The position numbers and the translations under genes were made by a program. This document shows, piece by piece, positions 57,301 to 64,000 of a stretch of 64,000 nt of DNA; within the stretch, counting starts at the first letter, position 1; the number at the start of each line of letters is the position of its first letter. Source of the stretch: Phoronis australis (lineage: Eukaryota > Animalia > Phoronida); contig NMRA01000148.1 of NCBI GenBank assembly GCA_002633005.1, forward strand, positions 434,001 to 498,000. Reading direction: 5' to 3'. The notes under the pieces were generated by a model. The model was not told where the DNA came from, searched no databases, and saw only the letters and a list, made by a program, of their open reading frames with translations.

Positions 57301-60300
57301 TATACTATAACTGAAACTTGGCTCAATACACTAACTAACCTTCTTAATCCTAAACAAAAATTTTGCAAATAATGTAAGTCAGCACACTGGAGGTGAAAAC
57401 ACAACAATAACATCGGTTACAAACACATCTTCTGTCAAAAAAATATTTTCGATTCAAACCCCTTACACTAATAGAACTGGTCTCAGATGGTTCCTTGCTC
57501 AGTTTAGAAGTGATTTCTTGGCTTAGAAAAACTGACCTTTAGCCATTGCTTAATAGTTATTTGAAAACAGAAGAATTTAGACCAGTTTTATAATGGTTAC
57601 TTTCCCAAGTGATTACTTTTTGTCTGAAGGTGAGTTCATAGCAGCCATTAGGACATTGTGGACTCATCAAAACACCTACTAAGTCAACTCAAAAAGCAAA
57701 CCCAATAGATTCTGAAGATCAACCACATTTGTGTTTAAAGCTTCCACTACTAACGAGACTAATAACTGCCTCAACGATACTACCCATTCATAGCAGTGAC
57801 AAAGAGCCAACATAATGTGAAACCCATGCAGTTACATGTACATCAATCCGACACCAGTGTCTTTGAGTATGTCTCACTCACGACTTCAGTTCACACGTGG
57901 TACAAAGCGTCACAGTCAAGCCAAACTGAGGGGGTTCTGACAAAAACAACATGGAACGAATAAATATGGCCAAAACAGTACAGCTCAAAAAATTAGGCAC
58001 TGCTGAGTTAATACATGGTTTGATGTCATAAATTTGGACAAAGTTTGATTATTAAATAACTTTGGTATGTTAACGACTGTTAGTAGTGTTAACTAAAAAA
58101 ACAGTAGACACAATATGAAAATAGGGAGAGAAAAAGGTGCAGGCCCAAAATCAGTAATTTTATTAAAATTAAAAACAGTATACCGACAAAGCAACTTGTC
58201 TCAAAAGGTTCACTAACATGAAAAGAGCAAAATCTGATAATTCAATAACTGAAAACCAGACACCATAGAAACTGTTGAAATTCGTTGGATTTTAAGGTAA
58301 AAATTTCCAGTAGAAGATGAACATTCTGATGTTATTCAATAAAATAGAGAATGAGCCAGGAAGACAAGGATGAAATTGGTGTGAATTAAACACAAACAGA
58401 CTTCGTTAAATAAGAAAATGAATTTAAATAAGAGCATGAGAGTGCTAAGAAGGGACCATGCATGACCATGCCACACTTGAATAGAAAGAACCCCCTCTCC
58501 TGAGACGTGAAGCAGTCACACGTGAGAGGCGCGCCCGTGGACATAATCAGAGACACCCGCACCGACGGGTTATACGACCCACACGCACTGGTCACGCGAT
58601 GCGAGCTGTCAGTCGGCGGGGCGATTCTGTCGTCCAGGCGAGGGGATCGCACGGCTGGGGACTTGACAGGGGACACACCTCGACTGCTGCCTGTGTCAGA
58701 GCAGCTGTCCGCAGATTGGCGACGCACAGGGTGCATAGCCTCCAGACTTCCAGCCAACGTCAGGTTGTTGGGTTTCTTTTTATTTCTGCAGACAAACAGT
58801 GACAAAACTATTAACAGGGGTGGTAATCAAATGCTTACTACGAGCCAAAAATGCTTACCAAGAGAAGAAAGTCTCACTACATGAGTGCAACCCTTACCAA
58901 AGTGCACACCTGCAACTGTAACCATGCATAAAGAACACTTACTAGGCCAAAAGCATAGTTTGTTCTAGTCTACGATTTTATTTAACTTGATGTGGTATCT
59001 TTCCAGTTGAATATTTTTCGAAAAAGAAAAATCACCTGATATCGGCAAATGTGGTGCGTCTTGTGACCCTAATGCAGGCAAGGCAGTGGTAGTAACCCTA
59101 TCTATAGCCACTTGCGGTCTATCACGATGTGATAGTGGTTAACTTGGCAAGCCGCAAGATTTCAAAAGTTGCTTGCATACATTTTTGTGGCATTTGGAAA
59201 AAGCTTGAGAAAGTGGCTAAAGCTGATGTGGACAAGCCAATTTTTTCCTTTAAGCAGTGAGGCGCATATTTCAAAATGAGTCTTGGTGCACACCGGAACC
59301 AAAAATAACAGTTTTTACATGGTACAAGTTTAATGGATAGAGTTAATGGTTAGATTACTGTTCTTCCATTAGGTAATATAGACCACGTTAACTTTGTACA
59401 ACTCAAAACATCTCCATATAAGGTGGCATGCATACATCAATGACAGATATAAGAAATCATTAAAAAGGAAAACAACAAAAGTTGAATAATAACAAAATAA
59501 GCAGTTTCTTTTTGAGAAAAATGTTTTGTTTTTTTGACAAATTATGAATAAAACTGTCTCCTATCACGAGTCTCACGATTCATGCATTCATGATACAACG
59601 GAAAATAAATATTGTGAGGTGCATAAGATGTCATGACACAGCATACTAAATTTGAGTCACTAACACTTAATGGGGCATTATCGGTGAGAAAAGTGATTTT
59701 CTGTGATCCGCCTCAGTGCAGAATCAACCCTACAACTCTTGCAGTTGCAGTCAATAGCTTAGCTAGTGGAGCTGAACCCACTCCATCAATGGCAGCATAT
59801 TATACAAGTATTTAACTAGTAAAGTCACTAGCTTTTATTTCAGCAAATGTCTGGCAGACAACTGCAAGAACTGCAATTTGCAAGAGAATGACACAAACAA
59901 CGGATTTTGCCACTTCATACCCTCGGTCAAAGTTAATAACCTCAAAGTCTATCCCATCCAACAATAACCCAAAAATGCGTTTTTTGACCGCAAAAACCGA
60001 CAATGCCTCTTTCAGGGCACAGGCACATAGGTTTCTTGATCAAGTCATACCTATTATTTTTCCCATCTCCCCCGTCCACACGCTGGCCCAGCTGTGACTC
60101 ATGTGAACGACTCTTGCTAAGCGGAAACCCATCTGGCAGCAGCTTCATTCGTCGATTTGGTGGCGGCGTGGCGGGGAACCTTCTCGCTGTAGTTGTTGTT
60201 GACCCTGTCGTGCGGAAGTTCGCCGTGGTGCTGTTGGGCGGTGTTTTGGACCGTGTCGGTGAGGTGGCGCCGGTGATGGTGGAAAGGGTCTCCGGGGGAA

Positions 60301-61569
60301 GGGAGGAGGTAGATGGGCGACCAATCTTGGGCGAGTTGCCAGCAAACGGTGTACTAGATGCAGAGGAGGACTTATAGTTGGACCAATGGAAATCGATGTT
60401 GTTGTTGCCTAAGGCCTTCTCGCTCTGGGACTGCACATCTGAAGGTAACAGATGACATGTCATGAACAACTACGTGCGGAACATGTGTTACGTCAGTAGA
60501 AATAGCTTCGTTATGTGAAATGGCTGCAGACACTTATTACTAGTTAGGGAATTCTGCTAAACAGGTTAGGTAGTAACCAAATACAAAAAGTAGGCGTAGC
60601 AGTATGGGACACTACTTGAGGCACAAATGCATGGAAAGAGACTAAAAATGATTCAGCATACATTAGGTCCTAAGACATTGTATGCTCATTCTCCAGAAGC
60701 TTGCAAAGTCAGAGGAACCTTGACCACTTCCATCATTTTGAATTTGAGTCCAAAATCAATAGTCATTGACAAACTGTATGACAGCACGTTTCATTACTTT
60801 TATTCACAACCAGTTACTTAATGCACAAACAGAAAATTTAATTCAACTATAAATGTCTGTCTAATACCTTGTAATGTTTGCAATACAAAGTACTGACTCG
60901 TAGAAACTTTTTAATCACATTTTTGGAATGTGAGCACATAATTCCATTTTGGAATGAAATACAAAATAACTTTTAAATATAGTAGACATTAACTTTTGTT
61001 TAGTTGAGAAAAATGTTCCGTTACTCACTTACTTATTTTCATGAAATTAATCACATCTCAACCTAAGCGCGATACGTTATTCATACTTGTTCCAAAACTA
61101 TCTATAGCCCTGTACTTAAGAGAAAAAACAAAACTGATGTCAAGATATGAAAAATACGAAAGTAAAAGAATCACCCTTGATGTAGTTTTTTGAGAACCTT
61201 ATGAACCTACTGCAAATTCAGGTCAAGGTCAAGCGGAGCTGGAAAGTGTGAACATGAGAATGAAGTTTGAATGTGAAAGTAATGTGTGAATGCACGACAT
61301 AAGGTTGTTCTTTCCTCAAATGTATTGTTACTTTATATTATTTTGTTGAAATAAATTATTAAAAATCTAAGAAAACAACAAAAAAAAAACAAAATGGTCA
61401 GAATAAGTAGTTTAACTCTGTTACTTGTACACCAGCGAAGCTTGGAAAGTGCCACGTTGAGTCGATCAATTCCATCCTTTGGGCATCCATACTTTTTCAG
61501 CAGTGACAGAACCTCAGCCTCCGACATTTTGAGCAAAGACTCCAGGCTTACATTTCCCTGTAGCAGTCC
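39180..61569 (-). CDS. KSR2: Kinase suppressor of Ras (KSR1/KSR2-like), 5'-partial, 16 exons, 773 aa visible
   Basis: Exons (5' to 3') 61569-61425, 60438-60051, 58785-58589, 55655-55589, 53653-53573, 50406-50303, 49077-48874, 48466-48400, 47994-47943, 46830-46637, 46134-45958, 42219-42123, 41463-41330, 40853-40722, 39999-39870, 39332-39180; 2322 nt in frame. Contains part of CC-SAM, Pro-rich CA2 (TPPP), SRSHESQL, a C1 domain, CA4 SSTPSSPAP with FTFP, and a kinase domain with [42 protein letters not shown] and C-terminal [17 protein letters not shown]. The symbol is approximate: probably the single invertebrate KSR. Confidence 0.95.
39870..39999 (-). CDS. KSR2: KSR kinase exon
   Basis: [43 protein letters not shown]. 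Confidence 0.96.
40311..40666. mobile_element. Complete 356-bp Kolobok-type MITE with TTAA TSDs
   Basis: TTAA|AGGGATACTACTAAACCT ... AGGTTTAGTATCCCT|TTAA. Confidence 0.85.
40722..40853 (-). CDS. KSR2: KSR kinase exon, activation segment
   Basis: [44 protein letters not shown]. Confidence 0.96.
41330..41463 (-). CDS. KSR2: KSR kinase exon, catalytic loop and DFG
   Basis: [45 protein letters not shown]. Confidence 0.97.
42123..42219 (-). CDS. KSR2: KSR kinase exon
   Basis: [32 protein letters not shown]. Confidence 0.93.
42316..44628. mobile_element. 2.3-kb non-autonomous hAT-like element with 5-bp TSD (hAT5-like)
   Basis: CTATC|CAGGGCTCG ... CGAGCTCTG|CTATC; subterminal TGCGACCTG/CAGGTCGCA repeats at both ends; no transposase ORF. 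Confidence 0.85.
45123..45400. mobile_element. TA-inserting MITE (pogo/Tc1-mariner-like), truncated at an N
   Basis: TA|CGGTAAAGTCGCGTGATTTTCGGAC ... GTCCGAGAATC (start of the right TIR), then N and the empty-site sequence. Confidence 0.75.
45958..46134 (-). CDS. KSR2: KSR kinase exon, subdomains II-V
   Basis: [14 protein letters not shown]...[34 protein letters not shown]. Confidence 0.96.
46367..46482. repeat. Minisatellite, 29 bp x4
   Basis: Unit CAAAAAATAGCGCCCTCACTACAACTAAA. Confidence 0.95.
46637..46830 (-). CDS. KSR2: KSR exon, NtA region and Gly-rich loop
   Basis: ...[37 protein letters not shown]|gtaagt. Confidence 0.94.
47031..47150. repeat. Minisatellite, 30 bp x4
   Basis: Unit GAGCACAGGCAACCCGTAACAATTAAGTCA. 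Confidence 0.95.
47943..47994 (-). CDS. KSR2: KSR small linker exon
   Basis: tttgcag|[17 protein letters not shown]|gtaagt; required for phase. Confidence 0.8.
48400..48466 (-). CDS. KSR2: KSR small linker exon
   Basis: ttttcag|[23 protein letters not shown]|gtacgt; required for phase. Confidence 0.78.
48874..49077 (-). CDS. KSR2: KSR exon, CA4 with FxFP ERK-docking motif
   Basis: SPSLPGS...RAGSAP...[16 protein letters not shown]...QTFTFP|gtgagt. Confidence 0.92.
50303..50406 (-). CDS. KSR2: KSR exon, C1 domain second half
   Basis: [34 protein letters not shown]|gtaaga. Confidence 0.92.
51070..52318 (-). mobile_element. Helentron/HINE (DINE-1-like) non-autonomous rolling-circle element
   Basis: Subterminal IRs at 52305-52316 and 51105-51116, (GAATAA)5 microsatellite at 52236-52265, internal tandem units of about 435 bp rich in TGACCT, 11-bp hairpin at 51079-51101 followed by a CTAG 3' end on the minus strand. 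Confidence 0.8.
53573..53653 (-). CDS. KSR2: KSR exon, C1 domain first half
   Basis: [27 protein letters not shown]|gtaagt. Confidence 0.92.
54329..54562. repeat. Minisatellite, 33 bp x7
   Basis: Unit AAATGGTAATACTGTGGTCAGAATGCA(C/G)CTCAC; explains four repetitive ORFs. Confidence 0.95.
55589..55655 (-). CDS. KSR2: KSR exon leading into C1
   Basis: [22 protein letters not shown]|gtgagt. Confidence 0.9.
56839..57300 (+). mobile_element. Kolobok-type family A copy
   Basis: TTAA|GGTTATGTATAACC..AACTTCAGAATATCATTTCTCTCAAATGGC; internal AAAATTTGGTCATGTTATTGATG shared with the 29133 copy; right limit approximate. Confidence 0.65.
58589..58785 (-). CDS. KSR2: KSR exon, S/P-rich linker
   Basis: ctgcag|[10 protein letters not shown]...SSHRVT|gtgcgt; donor chosen by phase. 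Confidence 0.8.
60051..60438 (-). CDS. KSR2: KSR exon, Pro-rich CA2 and SRSHESQL site
   Basis: ...[36 protein letters not shown]; within ORF 59942-60469. Confidence 0.92.
61425..61569 (-). CDS. KSR2: KSR exon, CC-SAM (CA1) region
   Basis: [48 protein letters not shown]. Confidence 0.88.
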
Positions 61570-63008
61570 CTAGAAAGAGCATTGAACAAAATTCAGTTTC
61601 ATTCCTTGTTTTCAAGTCGTTATGACAGAGTCATTACAGTGGAAGTCAGATGTTAAAGATATTCTTTACGATTCATTTTAGTTAAAAACTTTAGGAAACA
61701 GATTTTAACGCAGAATAGCTCAATCGAAACTTAAGCCCAGATTCTGCTAATTCAACACAAACCAAACTTAATTTAATAGGTAATTTTAGTTAAATTTTTA
61801 TTTTGGTGACTAACCACCACCTAAAATGGCTGCCGTAGTGAGTGACAGCTGACTCATGCATTATGGGTACTCTCTTAACTGCCACGGATGCCAGACGCCC
61901 AGACATAGATAATGGCAATATGCATCCACATGTAAATATGTGGGCTCAAAATAAAAGGCAAGTGGCATCAGTGTACAGCCATTTTAAGCTTCAGCTTCTA
62001 TGCTGTCATAAGACAATTATTGGCAATCACAGCAATGTTAGAAGCCCTAAAAGTAAAATAGGTCAATTTTGGAAATTGTTCTTGTCTGAAATTGTTGCGA
62101 TAATACAGCAGGTCGATTGGTAAAACATTTCCCCCTTCAATTCATGGAAACACTCACTTTTGTTACAATAAATTTGTCCTTACTTCCAAATGAAAAACAA
62201 AATCTTTTATCAGATTTCAAAAAAAGTATTTAGAGTTAAACACCTATTTTAAGGTCAGTCGTGTTAGGACAAAAAAACTTGATTGTAATATATGCCTAGC
62301 ATAAACAGTATTTAAAATAATTAAGAAGCAGCAAAGTGTGTTGCCCTATTTAACATCAATGTCCTCTATGGTGTGTTTTGACTTGCCACAGTAAAAGGTT
62401 TAGATGTTTCTGTGATGACCTTGGCTCACCTATGAAAAGTATGAAAAAACAATGCATCGATCATGGAAGACCAGAAAAAACGTGTTTTGTATACTAGGAC
62501 ATTGAAGGACGGTTGGCGCCAGTTGGATGCAGGAATTCCTGGAGTTTAAAATTTAAAGCCACTCAGTACTGATAAGGACTTTCGAATGTAAACATGAATT
62601 TAGAAGTTCTTGTGGAACATGAATTTACTTTCGATTGTGTCGAGAATTCAGAAAATTGCACTGGACACTAAGCAAAAAAATTAATAGCTTAGTGCCCAGC
62701 ATACACGCAGTATGAACTACACGTGAAATACAAGCTTTCTGAGTTTTAGTTTCCTCAGCAGTTTATATGAAAAACAAAAAGGAAAATTTGCATAATATGT
62801 GGTATGTGGTTACCACAACTGCTGATTAATTTGTCAATTCAAATTCCAAAACTTCTGAATCTTTAACAGACAGCTAAACATTACTTGATGAAACAACACC
62901 CAACAACTTCTACAAAATTGTTTATGTAACCTAAGCCAACAGGTAACACTTTTCAATTGTTATCCGATGAAGAAAACGAACGTTATTGACATCCAGCTCT
63001 AGTAAAAC

Positions 63009-63260
63009 CATGACTTGGAATGACCAATGACAAAAAAGAGGAAAACTTTCCAGGTGTATTGATCCACAAACACATAGGCTTGTGTGACAGAAATATTTTT
63101 GTGTTGTAAACTTTAACTGAAGTGAACATTTTTGCATGAATTAAGTCAAAATAATGATAAAATAGAGACAAAAAAAGAATAAACTGGAAATCAAATATTA
63201 AGAGGAAATCGAAACCAAAAAAGAAGAAATCCTCTTAAAAGAGGAAAATTCCAAACCCTG
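63009..63260. mobile_element. Short hAT-like MITE
   Basis: CATGACTTGGAATGACCAATGACAAAAAAGAGGAAA ... GAGGAAAATTCCAAACCCTG; the left end also occurs at about 50726 (CAGGGCTTGGAATGACCCATGACAAAAAAGAGGAAA) and a similar right end at about 53099. Confidence 0.55.
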
Positions 63261-64000
63261 CAAAACAATAGCGAGGATTAAATGAATAATAAGTCACTTT
63301 AAGACTTAATTTCAGACTCCATTGTTATTGAAAACGAAGTGAAATATAGTCACCAGATAGGGTACTATAAACTCAACCTTCACTCATTACACGCAAAGTG
63401 AACTCTCCAAACAATGAAAACCACAGAAGTGCAGATAAAACCCATATGCCAGCTGATTTTAAAAAACCCACACAATTGGTAACCTCAGGCAGCATACAAA
63501 GGATTTAGCTAGGCCGGTGAATACAAAACAATCCAAACTGTTGTCCGTCTACAGGTGAACCGGATACAGGTGAACCGACTAACAATCGGGGGGGATTTCA
63601 TCTTGTCTACAGCGCTGCTGTCGTTTCTCAAATCCATTGACAGTTGTCGGCTTGCAAACACCCAGAGACATCATGGATAACTTGTGGACTTGCACCCTGA
63701 TTTGTAACTTGTGTTTTAGGTGATAGGATTTAACTCCAGTGTGATCAGATGGCACGTGCCTAGTAAAGTTTGCCCACAAAAGATTTGCTAATCCGTGTAT
63801 TAAGTCGATAAATTTCCAGGATCACTTTTAATCTTTTATTTTTGTATGATTGTTACTTAATCATGCTTCCACTGAAAATCACAATACCAGTTGATCTGTT
63901 CATGCAATTTTGGTGCACTCAGGTGATAAAGTGTCGTTTTCACACATACAGTTTACATGTCATCGAGTTACATGTGATGTGGTCAGATGTTTATAAGCCA

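Overview
AT-rich (visually estimated below 40% GC), intron-rich eukaryotic DNA from an animal. Gene and transposon content suggests a marine invertebrate (inference). Most ORF-track entries are noise; the genes had to be rebuilt exon by exon from GT-AG signals and frame phase. Three spliced genes are supported. (1) + strand 2059-21435: NEDD4-family HECT E3 ubiquitin ligase of the WWP1/WWP2/ITCH/Su(dx) type (partial C2, four WW domains, HECT), 17 exons, 5' end upstream of the window. (2) + strand 26688-33188: a 7-exon, 263-aa uncharacterised protein with a PROSER1-N/DUF4476-like helical domain and a Pro/Gly/Tyr-rich tail, almost invisible in the ORF track. (3) - strand 61569-39180: kinase suppressor of Ras (KSR), 16 exons, 5' end beyond the window. 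Introns carry many non-autonomous DNA transposons (Kolobok-type TTAA elements, one with a THAP remnant; a hAT-like element with 5-bp TSD; a Helentron/HINE-like element; a TA-inserting MITE captured in both filled and empty form), minisatellites and two single-N assembly junctions. I found no convincing wholly new biological system. The best leads are a tandemly duplicated 3' splice site that would truncate the HECT domain, the orphan DUF4476-like gene with its possibly bidirectional promoter, and a possible WWP2-C-like internal start.
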